A stretch of 64,000 nucleotides of DNA, taken from the IMG/VR virus record IMGVR_UViG_3300015264_000026, one strand, 5' to 3'. The position numbers were made by a program, and so were the translations under genes. Positions 26,028 to 35,665 of the stretch are shown here, in pieces. The notes below the pieces were generated by a model. The model was not told where the DNA came from and made no database searches. It worked only from the letters and a program-made list of their open reading frames with translations. Every line of letters begins with the position of its first letter. Within the stretch, counting starts at the first letter, position 1. The stretch is from an uncultured virus (IMG/VR IMGVR_UViG_3300015264_000026). Lineage: Duplodnaviria; Heunggongvirae; Uroviricota; Caudoviricetes.

Positions 26028-26627
26028 ATGGATTTACCCCTTTGCAGAATTTGCGGCGATCGGCATCGGTTAGGCGGTTGTCCGCAATCGACTTCTCGCG
26101 GTGGCGGACAAGCCCCGTCAGACACGGCCACGTCGTCAACTCGGGGACGAAACTCTACCGCTAAAGAAGCCCCAAAAAAGAGCGTTGAACGATCAAACGA
26201 TGGACCGCGAGAAGCCAAATCGAATCGACCAAAAACAAGTCTTGAGCTTGATGCGGCTTTTGCCGTGCTTTTGCCCAAGGCCAAGAGTTCTGGCGGCGGC
26301 GCTGAGAGAAGCGCATCCCAATATGGCACTTCCGGGCCATCTCGCAACCTCACGAGTATGGGATCAAGTCGTGATGCAAGGAACATCACGCCAGCCGGCG
26401 TATTGCCCGGTCCGTCAGAAGCCAAATTGAAGCGCGGTCGACCACCAATCATTGGCGAGCGGCCTTGGCAGGTTGCCGGCATGTCGCGCCGTAGCTGGTA
26501 TCGCCGGAAGAAAGATGCGATTGCCCGCGCGACGCACGCCGCGATCGATGCTTACCCAAAGGTTGGTTCATGGTTTGTCGAGGAATTGGCCGATGGGTTT
26601 GGCGACAAAGCGAAAGGCCGCCAATGA
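26028..26627 (+). CDS. Zn-knuckle plus C-terminal HTH motif protein
   Basis: CRICGDRH...C; RGRPPIIGERPWQVAGMSRRSWYRRK. Confidence 0.7.
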   Translation: MDLPLCRICGDRHRLGGCPQSTSRGGGQAPSDTATSSTRGRNSTAKEAPKKSVERSNDGPREAKSNRPKTSLELDAAFAVLLPKAKSSGGGAERSASQYGTSGPSRNLTSMGSSRDARNITPAGVLPGPSEAKLKRGRPPIIGERPWQVAGMSRRSWYRRKKDAIARATHAAIDAYPKVGSWFVEELADGFGDKAKGRQ

Positions 26628-26821
26628 GGCTAACTACCAAAATGCACGATGCCGTTAAATTTTCCGAGGTAGGAAAGTTTCTCAATAGGTTGATTAAGGA
26701 TGAGGTTGAGCGTGGTGGCGATACGAGAATAGACCCTCGCGGCAACGTTATCCAACTTTTGTGGATTGCATTTATGAGTGGTAGGCCTAAGAGTTCTGAC
26801 AAGCGGAAGGCTAAGAAATGA
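26624..26821 (+). CDS. Hypothetical protein
   Basis: ATGA overlaps. Confidence 0.55.
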   Translation: MRLTTKMHDAVKFSEVGKFLNRLIKDEVERGGDTRIDPRGNVIQLLWIAFMSGRPKSSDKRKAKK

Positions 26822-27198
26822 GCTTGCCAGAGATTGGCCAACCGCCAAATGAAATTGCGGCGCAGCTCTTGCTAGCCCAACTTCGGATGAAAGCACTAAA
26901 GGATGAGGTGAATTCAAGGTTCACCTCGGTTAAGGTTATTGAGCCTGTTTTTATGAAATTTCTTTCTGAGCCACCCGAGGAAAGACCATTGGTCGACCAA
27001 TTCGAGCACCTTCAAGTGCGTGGTGAGGGTTGTACGGCCGACGAAGCAATTGACGATTGGGTGCATCATTTGGCCAAGACTCCCCAATCTGGGAAGATGA
27101 TTGTGTGGCGAGTAGAGCCGGAAATTGTATGGGAACGCAACTTTATGACCGGACAAGTCTTGTGGGCGGTGTATGCTAGATTTGCGATTATTCCTTGA
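26818..27198 (+). CDS. Hypothetical protein (paralogue of 31016-31420)
   Basis: ADEAIDDW...VWRVEPEI...AVYARF. Confidence 0.7.
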   Translation: MSLPEIGQPPNEIAAQLLLAQLRMKALKDEVNSRFTSVKVIEPVFMKFLSEPPEERPLVDQFEHLQVRGEGCTADEAIDDWVHHLAKTPQSGKMIVWRVEPEIVWERNFMTGQVLWAVYARFAIIP

Positions 27199-27336
27199 TG
27201 AGCCGCGACCCAAAATCATGCACCCCTGTACATGCCCTAGCCGGGACACTGAATGCAACTGCGTACATCCCCCTTAGGGTTTTTCTGATTTGCGTGCTAA
27301 TAGGCGCGCTTGGGTACCTCTTTAGGGGATGGTGAG

Positions 27337-27579
27337 ATGGCCACCACGATCACAGAATGCCGCTTCTGCGGGATGTCTCACGGGCTGCGATGCCCCTCGA
27401 TTAAGGCTATCGAATATTTTGATGATGGCATCACAGTCAAGCGCGTCGAATTCATGACTGTTGCTGATTTTCATCCCACGCCAATTTGGCCGTCTCATCC
27501 GATTAATCCGACCTTCGGCGTTACTACGACGTGGGGAAGTGACGTTCGGTTGCCGCAGTGCAATAGTGGCATCTCTTGA
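27337..27579 (+). CDS. Small zinc-binding hypothetical protein
   Basis: CRFCGMSHGLRCPSIKAIEYFDDG.TVKRVEF. Confidence 0.7.
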   Translation: MATTITECRFCGMSHGLRCPSIKAIEYFDDGITVKRVEFMTVADFHPTPIWPSHPINPTFGVTTTWGSDVRLPQCNSGIS

Positions 27580-29750
27580 TGGGCGACGCTTCAGCATACG
27601 AGCCAATCAGCGTTCAGATCGTTGATGATGAGAACGAGAATGTCCGCGTCGTTGACGGCAATCTTGAGGTAGACCAGCCCGACGGTGGCGTGGTTGTTCA
27701 GTTCAATCCCCAATTGCAAGGCGATAACAAACCAGAAGACCCGAAGGATTTCTACAAGAACCTCGCCGACAAGATTGGTCCAAGTCGGCTGCTCACGATC
27801 GCAGCCGAGCTGCACGAGGGCATCACGGCTGACGATCAGTCGAGGGCGGAATCCCTCGCCAATCGTGCCGATGGCATGGATCTTCTGGGCCTCCAGATAG
27901 AGAGCCCGAGGGCTGGGGACGGCTCATCTCAAATGGACGGGATGTCTGTCGTCACCAATCCCTTGTTGCTGGACGCTGTTCTAAAGGATTGGGCCAATGC
28001 CCAAGCTGAGTTTCTGCCGGCGGAAGGGCCATGCAAGGTTGAGGACTTCGCTACCGATCCCGACCAAAGCCAAGATGCATTGGCCGAAGCCTTCGAGCGG
28101 GACATGAATTTCTATCTGACCTCGATTGACACGAAATACGGCCCGGAAACATCCCATATGCTGCTCTGGGGCCGTGGATTCGGCGGTTGCGGTATCAAGA
28201 AAGTGTATCTTGATCCATTCAAGCGACGCCCGACCACGGAATGCGTCGATATCAAGGATTTCATCGTTTCCGACGCCACCAAGGATCTGAAGTCCTGCGA
28301 GCGAATCACCCATCAGATTTCCATGCGTCAATCCGTCATGAAGCGGATGATGATGCGGGGATTTTACATCGATGTCGCGCTGACACCGCCTACCCCAGAG
28401 CCGAATCAGGTCACGGAAAAGATCGCATCCATCCAAGGTGTGCAGTCCAGCAAATCCCGCCCCGAGGACCAGCCCTATACGCTTTGGGAAGTGCAATGCG
28501 AATTGGACTTGGATGAGTTCGCGCCCGCTGAATACAAGGGCAATGGGATACCTCTGCCGTACCTTGTCACGATGGACAAGGACACGATGCAGATTTTGGC
28601 TGTTCGGAGGGACTGGAAGCCGGAGGATGAGGAGTGCGAGCGTAAGCGGATGTACGTCAAGTACCCTTACGTTCCCGGTCCCGGCTTCTACGGAACGGGA
28701 CTACTCAACATTCTCGGAAACTCGACGGCAGCAATGACGGCCGCATGGCGGATATCGTTGGATGCAGCCATGCTGGCGGCCTTCCCGGCCTTCTTGATTG
28801 CGAAGCTAGCGGGGAGGCAGAATAGCAGCGATTTGATCCTTCAACCCGGTACGGGCACGCCTATTGAGACCAACAACATGCCCATCGGCGATGTCGTGGC
28901 TCAGCTTCCATACCGGGAGGCAGGCCCTGGCATGATGGCGCTGATTGAGAAGATCACCGAGCAATGCAAGCAGGCCGGGGCTTCGGCCGAGGTCCCCTTG
29001 GGTGAAGGCGTCAAGGATATCCCGGTTGGGACGATGTTGGCCCATATCGAAACGTCCACCAAACTGATGGCCGCGACGCACAAGCTTGGACACATGGCCC
29101 AGGATGAGGAGTTGGGCCTGATCGCGGATTTGTTCCGGGAGAACCCCGAATCGTTCTGGAAGGGCAACAAGAAGGCCAAGAATTATTGGGATGAGGCCAA
29201 GCTGATCGAGGCGCTGGATACCTATACTCTCAGGCCGAAGTCGGATCCGAACGTTCCAAGCCACATTCATCGAGTCATGCGGGCTGTAGCTCTGACTGAA
29301 TTACAGGCTGGCCCCTTGGGTGCATTGATGAATCCATTGGAGACCCTGAAGCGCGTTCTTGCCGCGATGCGGGAGGACCCGAAGGGATTAATCAAGGAAG
29401 CTCAGCCAGCGGATTCCAAACCTTCGCCAGAGGAAATAACAGCCCAAGCCAAGCTATTGACGGCGCAGAACCAAGGCAAATCGGTTGAAGTCAAAGCGCA
29501 GGAAGCGGCTCAAAAGGCTGAATTGCAGGCCAAGGAACAAGCCGCCACGGTGCAAGACAAAACGATCGATCTCGCCAAGGCGATCGTCACCCATAAGGGC
29601 GATCGGGCTAAACAGGCCCATACCGAGAAAATGAACCATGCCAAACACGGTCTTGAGGTTGGGAAGGCCGCGCACCAAGCCGCGCTCGGGACGCATCAGG
29701 CCGTTCTCGATACCGCAGAAGCCATGAAACCGCCGAAACCTAAGCCATAG
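27579..29750 (+). CDS. Portal protein (P22-like)
   Basis: ~720 aa after terL; FYKNLAD, GCGIKKVY.DP, ERITH, PYLVT, PGPGFYGTGL, long helical C-terminal barrel. Confidence 0.9.
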   Translation: MGDASAYEPISVQIVDDENENVRVVDGNLEVDQPDGGVVVQFNPQLQGDNKPEDPKDFYKNLADKIGPSRLLTIAAELHEGITADDQSRAESLANRADGMDLLGLQIESPRAGDGSSQMDGMSVVTNPLLLDAVLKDWANAQAEFLPAEGPCKVEDFATDPDQSQDALAEAFERDMNFYLTSIDTKYGPETSHMLLWGRGFGGCGIKKVYLDPFKRRPTTECVDIKDFIVSDATKDLKSCERITHQISMRQSVMKRMMMRGFYIDVALTPPTPEPNQVTEKIASIQGVQSSKSRPEDQPYTLWEVQCELDLDEFAPAEYKGNGIPLPYLVTMDKDTMQILAVRRDWKPEDEECERKRMYVKYPYVPGPGFYGTGLLNILGNSTAAMTAAWRISLDAAMLAAFPAFLIAKLAGRQNSSDLILQPGTGTPIETNNMPIGDVVAQLPYREAGPGMMALIEKITEQCKQAGASAEVPLGEGVKDIPVGTMLAHIETSTKLMAATHKLGHMAQDEELGLIADLFRENPESFWKGNKKAKNYWDEAKLIEALDTYTLRPKSDPNVPSHIHRVMRAVALTELQAGPLGALMNPLETLKRVLAAMREDPKGLIKEAQPADSKPSPEEITAQAKLLTAQNQGKSVEVKAQEAAQKAELQAKEQAATVQDKTIDLAKAIVTHKGDRAKQAHTEKMNHAKHGLEVGKAAHQAALGTHQAVLDTAEAMKPPKPKP

Positions 29751-29800
29751 ACAAAATCACAAATCAATGCGAAGTAAGCTTTCCTGCGAGGAACAACAAT

Positions 29801-30745
29801 ATGGCCCATCCCTACGCCTCTCACCGACAAACCGCCGTTGAACATTCTCGTGTGGGACATATCACCAAGAATTACGCCAAGGGCGGCGCTGTCAAATCCG
29901 GCAAGGTCACTCATGGGGCCTCAGCCAAGCGCGAGATGGCTTCCATGGAAGCCGAAGGTGAAAAATCAAAGCACCGGATGGATAAGCCGCATCGCGCCAA
30001 GGGTGGGCGTGTCAAGGGCAATGCCAAAACAATCGTCAATGTGATCACAGGAGGTCATCCCGCCGCTGGCGCTATATCGTCACCCCCCCCGATGGGTATT
30101 GCTGGGCCGGGCGCAATGCCTCCTCCGATGGCCGCCAAACCATCCATGCCCATGCCGCCGCCGAGTGGCCCGCCTCCTATGCCAATGAGGGCCAAGGGTG
30201 GCCGAGTTCACCGGGAAAATGGTGGTGAAGTGGAAGAAACCGCATTACCCCCAAGTCCATTTGAAAGCGTTAAACCGATCAAGGCAATAAAACTTCCCAA
30301 GAGGCCATCGCAGGTTCCGCCGAACCGATATGCCAAGGGCGGCCATGTGAAAAAATCAGACGGTGGTGATGTTACGTGGGATGCTGGATCAGGTCGCGGG
30401 ATGCTGGAAGACCGTAAATATGCTGGCGCTCGTCATCAAACTGGGAATTATACGGGGCCAAATCGCGCATCTGGCGGCCGAGTGAATGCCGGCACCAAGG
30501 TATTCGAGGAAAGCAAACGCAGCGGAACCAAGGTCCAGCATAACGATTCCGGCAAGACTGATTTGTGCCCGGAGAACCTTGACCGTGGCAAACCCGTTAC
30601 CTTCAAGAGCGGCGGTCGCGTTCGCTCGTTCTATGCCCGCAGAACCGAATCCCCCGATGGGGTATCGCCAGCGACGAAAATGCCCGGAGGCTCGGCGACG
30701 GGCGAGGCCCGCTTGTTCAAAGAGCACCGTCAGGCACGGAAATAA
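29801..30745 (+). CDS. Basic low-complexity protein with repeated xxGGxV motifs
   Basis: AKGGAV, AKGGRV x2, ENGGEV, AKGGHV, SDGGDV, ASGGRV, KSGGRV; Pro/Met-rich linker. Confidence 0.8.
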   Translation: MAHPYASHRQTAVEHSRVGHITKNYAKGGAVKSGKVTHGASAKREMASMEAEGEKSKHRMDKPHRAKGGRVKGNAKTIVNVITGGHPAAGAISSPPPMGIAGPGAMPPPMAAKPSMPMPPPSGPPPMPMRAKGGRVHRENGGEVEETALPPSPFESVKPIKAIKLPKRPSQVPPNRYAKGGHVKKSDGGDVTWDAGSGRGMLEDRKYAGARHQTGNYTGPNRASGGRVNAGTKVFEESKRSGTKVQHNDSGKTDLCPENLDRGKPVTFKSGGRVRSFYARRTESPDGVSPATKMPGGSATGEARLFKEHRQARK

Positions 30746-30999
30746 TGGCCTATAATCCATACGGTCAGAAGAGAGATGCTCCAACTCCACAACTGGAGCC
30801 CGTTTCCCTTGCTCAGGATGATCACCCAGCCCTCTCCCGGAATATGTTGAGGGATTTGGAGGCCGAGCGCGCCAAGGAATTTGATGGCCTGCTATCCGCG
30901 AGGGATTGGGCTGATTTTGAGAAGCGACGCGGCAAGATCCATGGATTGGATGTGGCGATTGTATTTTGCCAAGAGGCGAAAAAGAGAATAGACGCGTAA
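30745..30999 (+). CDS. Conserved head-module hypothetical protein
   Basis: DWADFEKRRGKIHGL; usual post-portal position. Confidence 0.75.
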   Translation: MAYNPYGQKRDAPTPQLEPVSLAQDDHPALSRNMLRDLEAERAKEFDGLLSARDWADFEKRRGKIHGLDVAIVFCQEAKKRIDA

Positions 31000-31015
31000 T
31001 CGACCTATCCGTTCC

Positions 31016-31420
31016 ATGCAGGAGCGGCAACACGCTGGGATGCACCCATTGACTGCCAAGCGGCTAAAATTGTCCAAAACACCGCACGAACTGCCGATCA
31101 GCAGTGAAGTACACGCTGCACTAGCGCAAGCTACAGAACGTTTTGAGAGCAATTTCCGCTCAGTTTATGTCTATCAGGGCGAGCCTGACCCAAGTCACGC
31201 GCCCACTGGCGAGCATTATGCCCAGATAATTGTCGGGCGCATGTCCAGCGCCGACGATGCATTGGACGCATGGATAGCACGTGTTGCTGGCCTAATACCA
31301 CTAACTCCAAAAGATCTGTATTGGCGCGTCAAGCCCGAGATTAATTGCTTCGACGGCAAGAAGAGTGGCTATGCCATCTATTCCCGCTTTCTCATTTCAG
31401 ACAAACCAAGGAAATTGTGA
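31016..31420 (+). CDS. Hypothetical protein (paralogue of 26818-27198)
   Basis: ADDALDAW...LYWRVKPEI...AIYSRF. Confidence 0.7.
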   Translation: MQERQHAGMHPLTAKRLKLSKTPHELPISSEVHAALAQATERFESNFRSVYVYQGEPDPSHAPTGEHYAQIIVGRMSSADDALDAWIARVAGLIPLTPKDLYWRVKPEINCFDGKKSGYAIYSRFLISDKPRKL

Positions 31421-31839
31421 TGGCCCGATCCAATGCTATCGGCAAAATGCGTGAGATAGCCGACGATATCGAATCTGATCCAAAGGTCTTGTTGCTCGCC
31501 AAGCTAGGTAATCTCAAAAAGCAGATTGTCTTGCATTCTCAGGTTCTTGTTGCAGGATACATCCGCCCCGGCAAAACCAAGGGAGGTATCTACTTGACCG
31601 ATAAGGCCGTGGAGGAGGATCGCTTTCAAGGCAACATCGGTATGGTGGTGGCAATGGGCAAAGGGGCATTCAAAGATGACAACATCGCCAAATTTAACGG
31701 CGACAAACTGAAAATTGGGGATTGGGTAATGTATCAGCCCGCCGATGGGATTGGGTTATTCATTCGCGAGGTGCCGTGCCGGCTATTCCAGGACACCCGC
31801 ATCCTGATGAAAGTCTCCGATCCGGAGATTTATTACTGA
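31420..31839 (+). CDS. groES: GroES-like co-chaperonin
   Basis: KTKGGIYLTD mobile loop, GMVVAMGKGAF, KIGDWVMY. Confidence 0.85.
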   Translation: MARSNAIGKMREIADDIESDPKVLLLAKLGNLKKQIVLHSQVLVAGYIRPGKTKGGIYLTDKAVEEDRFQGNIGMVVAMGKGAFKDDNIAKFNGDKLKIGDWVMYQPADGIGLFIREVPCRLFQDTRILMKVSDPEIYY

Positions 31840-32042
31840 TGTCAGTCTCGATAGCGGGAATATTGCTATCCGACCCAATTCAGATCGGAGCCATAGTCTG
31901 GCTGAAATCTGGCGGCCCTCCCATGATGGTCTATCATCTGGAATCCGATCGCGTCTCAGTCGAGTGGTTTGTCTGCGGCGAAATTCGTCGAGATGTGTTT
32001 TATAGGGTTTGCCTGCAATTAGAGGAACCAGCCCATGGCTGA
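31839..32042 (+). CDS. DUF2158/YodC-like small protein
   Basis: IGAIVWLKSGGPPMMV...VEWF. Confidence 0.75.
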   Translation: MSVSIAGILLSDPIQIGAIVWLKSGGPPMMVYHLESDRVSVEWFVCGEIRRDVFYRVCLQLEEPAHG

Positions 32043-33009
32043 TCTTGACGACGACGCAATCGAAGTGACGATCCCGCATGAGGGAGACGCTGGGGTCATA
32101 ACGGAAATCAAGCCCGATCCGCCGCCGGCTAAGAAAGCGGTGGCGGACGATCCGATCAGCGACCTCAAAGGCCAATTCGAAACCCTAAAGGGCACGCTGA
32201 ATCAGACGACTCAGCGCTTGGCTGGCGCTGAGCGACAGTTGGATGTCAAAGATCAGGAAATTGCTGCCGCTCGTAAGGAAGTGGCTACCAGCCAACTCGA
32301 TACGGTTTTGACCGGCATTCAGGCGGCGGAAGCCGAAGCCCACGCGGCTGAAGGTGAGTATATCGCGGCTGCTGAGGCTGGCAATTTTGTCGATCAGGCC
32401 AAGGCCCAACGGAAGATGGCTGCGGCAGAAAGTCGCATTCAAAGGCTCAAGGAGGCCGAAGGCGACCTGAAAGACCAGTCGGCGACCAAGCTAGTGCGCC
32501 AAGAAATCCGTCAGGAGTCGCGGCCTGATCCTGTTGAGGCTCTGGCCTCCACATTGGCTCCACGCGCTGCCGCATGGATTAGGTCACACCCGGATTGCGT
32601 CACCGACAAAAAGCTAAATGCCAGAATGATGGCGGCGCATAATTTGGCCGTGGCTGATGATGTTGAGGAAGGTAGCGACGAGTACTTTACCCGGATTGAA
32701 GCCGGGATATCGACGAAGGTTGCGCCTAAACAAGAAGAAAAGGACGCGAAACCTCGGGTTCAGATACGGCCAAGCTCGGCCGCAGCCCCGAACGGCAATG
32801 CAGGTGGTGGAATGAACGGAGGCGGCATGACGATCGTACTTACGAAGCGAGAGGCCCTGTCGGCGACCGATGGCAGCGTGGTCTGGAACTGGGATGACCC
32901 GAAGGGCAAGTTCAAAAAGGGTGATCCCATCGGCCATACTGAATTTGCCAGACGTAAATCCATCATGCAAAGAGAGGGGCACTACGATCGGAGCTTCAAC
33001 GAACAATGA
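32035..33009 (+). CDS. Putative capsid scaffolding protein
   Basis: Acidic N-terminus, long coiled coil, AAAWIRSHP...SDEYFTRIE; upstream of capsid. Confidence 0.7.
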   Translation: MADLDDDAIEVTIPHEGDAGVITEIKPDPPPAKKAVADDPISDLKGQFETLKGTLNQTTQRLAGAERQLDVKDQEIAAARKEVATSQLDTVLTGIQAAEAEAHAAEGEYIAAAEAGNFVDQAKAQRKMAAAESRIQRLKEAEGDLKDQSATKLVRQEIRQESRPDPVEALASTLAPRAAAWIRSHPDCVTDKKLNARMMAAHNLAVADDVEEGSDEYFTRIEAGISTKVAPKQEEKDAKPRVQIRPSSAAAPNGNAGGGMNGGGMTIVLTKREALSATDGSVVWNWDDPKGKFKKGDPIGHTEFARRKSIMQREGHYDRSFNEQ

Positions 33010-33710
33010 AACCCGTCCGTGAAGTAGTAACCCGAGAAATCATCGACGATCTGTGGGGCGCGGGATACACCATCCTGCCTCGTAGGCGGCATGCTGACCC
33101 GTTCTTTGTTTCTCCTGAAATGATCCCGCAGGGCCGAGCGTATCAATGGATGCACCTCATCCATGACAAGGATATGTATAGTGGACGTGGCTGGGCTGCG
33201 GTACCGGCTTCTCGCCATGACGGCTATTTCATGCCAGCCGGATTCATCGGCGATATTGAGGTGAACGGGCTTGGCCTATTTGAGAAGCCAAAATTCGAGG
33301 TGGATGCTGAGCGCAAAGAGCAAATTAACGCCGCGTACAAGCTGACCGACGATTGGATGAAGAAGTGGAGCGGTGAGCTATCTGGAGAGAGCGCTCTCTT
33401 TGGAGAAGTCAAGATTGGTGAAACCAGCATCAAACTTGGCGATGGTATCTTCGATGTGGAGCAGGCGCAGTATATCGATGGCAAAACTAAAACCATAGAA
33501 ACAACCACTGCCATCCCTCGCGATATGGTGCCGTACATCGATCAGATATTTGAGGAGCGAGATCGGCTTTCGCGCGAGGCCATAAAGGCCTACGGTATCG
33601 ATAAAAGCTTGTCAAAATTGCCAACCCTGAGCGCGTTGGTTCTCCCAGCCGCCATCAACAATATCCGCCAGCGAATCATCGAGGAGACCAAAAGTGGCCA
33701 AACATCTTGA
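33006..33710 (+). CDS. Hypothetical head-module protein (paralogue of next gene)
   Basis: YQW...GWAAVPASRH...IEVNGLGLFEKP. Confidence 0.75.
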   Translation: MKPVREVVTREIIDDLWGAGYTILPRRRHADPFFVSPEMIPQGRAYQWMHLIHDKDMYSGRGWAAVPASRHDGYFMPAGFIGDIEVNGLGLFEKPKFEVDAERKEQINAAYKLTDDWMKKWSGELSGESALFGEVKIGETSIKLGDGIFDVEQAQYIDGKTKTIETTTAIPRDMVPYIDQIFEERDRLSREAIKAYGIDKSLSKLPTLSALVLPAAINNIRQRIIEETKSGQTS

Positions 33711-34428
33711 AATCGACGATGACGAAGAGGTCGTCCAGAAGGCGCCCGAGCGCGACCCAGCCGCACCCTATGGGTACCGGGCCGATGGCGTGACGCCGAT
33801 TCGCAAGCCGGGGCGTAAGTTGGGCGTTCCCATCAACGTCAGGCCGCCAGAAGCTCAGGCAGGCCCGCCGCTGCGCAGGAATAATCCACGTCCTGCCCCG
33901 CGCGCTCCTGATCGGGAATTGGCACGAGAGCCAAGCCGGCAAGCATCCTCCGTTCTGGGGCGTGATGGCGAGATGCTAGAGCGCCGCCGTCCGCAGTCCA
34001 ATCAGGATATATTCGAACGCGCCCAAGCACCCCATGGGTGGTCCTATCAATGGAATGCCGTCACGGCGATGAACAAGGAGATTGCCGAGATCCATCAGGG
34101 CACTATTGTTGATCTATATGAGAACGGATGGAGGCCGGTTCCGGCTTCGCGGCATCCCGGCATCTGGACGGCTCCAGGTTATGACGGGGCGATAATCGTC
34201 GGTGGTCAGCGGTTGGAAGAAAGACCGGCGGAATTGACGCGGCAAGCCCTGAAGGAAGATGAAATCCGAGCTAAGGCCCAGCTTCGCGATCAGACTGATT
34301 CGCTCAAGCTCACCCAAGCGAACCTGCCCGGCGCCAATGCGGGGCGCGCTCGTAACGTCAGCGGCATCCGGACCACGATTGACAAGTCGCTGGAAGTTCC
34401 TCCGGATGACTACGAAATGGAGGCATGA
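33694..34428 (+). CDS. Conserved head-module protein
   Basis: RBS GAGGAG, GTG start; YQW...GWRPVPASRHP...IIVGGQRLEERP. Confidence 0.8.
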   Translation: MAKHLEIDDDEEVVQKAPERDPAAPYGYRADGVTPIRKPGRKLGVPINVRPPEAQAGPPLRRNNPRPAPRAPDRELAREPSRQASSVLGRDGEMLERRRPQSNQDIFERAQAPHGWSYQWNAVTAMNKEIAEIHQGTIVDLYENGWRPVPASRHPGIWTAPGYDGAIIVGGQRLEERPAELTRQALKEDEIRAKAQLRDQTDSLKLTQANLPGANAGRARNVSGIRTTIDKSLEVPPDDYEMEA

Positions 34429-34431
34429 TCG

Positions 34432-35142
34432 GTGGCAAATGTTATGATCTATGTGCCCGGATACGGGCATCAGATATCTGCCGCCACCTTTCAATCCACC
34501 CATCGGCTTGTTCCGGTCCTGCATCAAAAGGGACATAGCGTAGCTATCACCACGTCGTCCAGCCCCGATATCGTTGAGGTCCGGAATGTCGCGTTGACCC
34601 ATTGGTACGATGGCATGAAGGAATCCAGCCATCTGCTGATGATCGACGCGGACATGGGCTTCCCCCCGGAATTGATCGTTGACATGCTGGCGCTGAATGA
34701 GCCGTTGGTTGGTGGTATCTATCCCAAGAAAACATTGGAAGTGGAATGGGCAGCCTCCGGATGGGGCAAGCACATGAACGCTGGCGGCAAAGGCCAGTTC
34801 ATCAAAGTTCGTGGGCTCGGGGCTGGCGTTCTACTGATTCGCCGCGACGCGATCAATCTCATGATTGAGAAGTTGCCCGATATTATCGACACCGCATTGG
34901 ACAATCCGGCCATTCACCCCGAAGGCCGGATGATACGTGTTTTCGATCCGATCCGGAACGAAAAAGGTCATCGAATGTCGGAAGACATTTCGTTTTGCTA
35001 TCGCTGGGAATTGTGCGGCGGCACGACTTGGGGTGCTGGCGGATATGAAATCGAACACGTCGGCATGCACTCGTTCAGGGCTTGCTACGCCAAATGGGCG
35101 GATGAGAAAGCCAAGACTGAAGTTCAATTGGCGGCCGAATAA
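34432..35142 (+). CDS. GT-A fold glycosyltransferase-like protein
   Basis: RN.....HLLMIDADMGF (DxD), VGGIYPKK, GAGVLLIRR, SEDISFCYRW, HVG. Confidence 0.85.
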   Translation: MANVMIYVPGYGHQISAATFQSTHRLVPVLHQKGHSVAITTSSSPDIVEVRNVALTHWYDGMKESSHLLMIDADMGFPPELIVDMLALNEPLVGGIYPKKTLEVEWAASGWGKHMNAGGKGQFIKVRGLGAGVLLIRRDAINLMIEKLPDIIDTALDNPAIHPEGRMIRVFDPIRNEKGHRMSEDISFCYRWELCGGTTWGAGGYEIEHVGMHSFRACYAKWADEKAKTEVQLAAE

Positions 35143-35194
35143 GGGAACCAAAGTTCCAAAGCGGGGTTATTGTGGTCCATCAGAGGACCAAGTC

Positions 35195-35413
35195 ATGCTG
35201 GCATCGGTCATTACATTTTTGATCTATCTATGCTTGCTCGCGATCGTAATTTACCTCGTGATCTGGGTGTTGCGAGATGTGATCGGCCTGCCAATCCCTG
35301 AAAAAGTTATTCAGTTGCTATGGGTAATTGTAGCCCTGATAGCCATTCTATGGCTTGTTCAGATGGTCGCGGGAGGTGGAGGGTCAGCCCTGCATTTTCC
35401 CTTCGGACGATGA
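35195..35413 (+). CDS. Small two-TM membrane protein
   Basis: LIYLCLLAIVIYLVIWVL...LPIP...VIVALIAILWL. Confidence 0.75.
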   Translation: MLASVITFLIYLCLLAIVIYLVIWVLRDVIGLPIPEKVIQLLWVIVALIAILWLVQMVAGGGGSALHFPFGR

Positions 35414-35461
35414 TCCCGAGATTGGAAAATCGCCTAGTATCTGCCGAGGATGCTAAACCCA

Positions 35462-35665
35462 TTGACGGTTCCCATCTTTTATGTGTATAGACGAAATCAG
35501 GTTTCTAATTCGGCGAGTGCAATGCGTCGAATGCTTCCTAAGCCGAGACGGATAGCGCCTTTCCGCTCCTTAGATTGACCCGCCCCAGCGTTGGGCGGTT
35601 TTCCAAGGCACACAATCCAGCAGAGCTTGCCGGACAGCCTCCACAAACAGGGAGCGGTTCTGGCC
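35462..35665 (+). promoter_or_regulatory. Promoter (TTGACG...TATAGA) and structured 5' leader of capsid operon
   Basis: ~170-nt leader with several hairpins and an anti-SD segment. Confidence 0.6.

Noticed and set aside
25610..26482. 290-aa minus-strand ORF and other long antisense ORFs (16808-17566, 40538-41380, 42323-43057)
   Set aside because: Shadow frames opposite well-supported plus-strand genes in GC-rich DNA.
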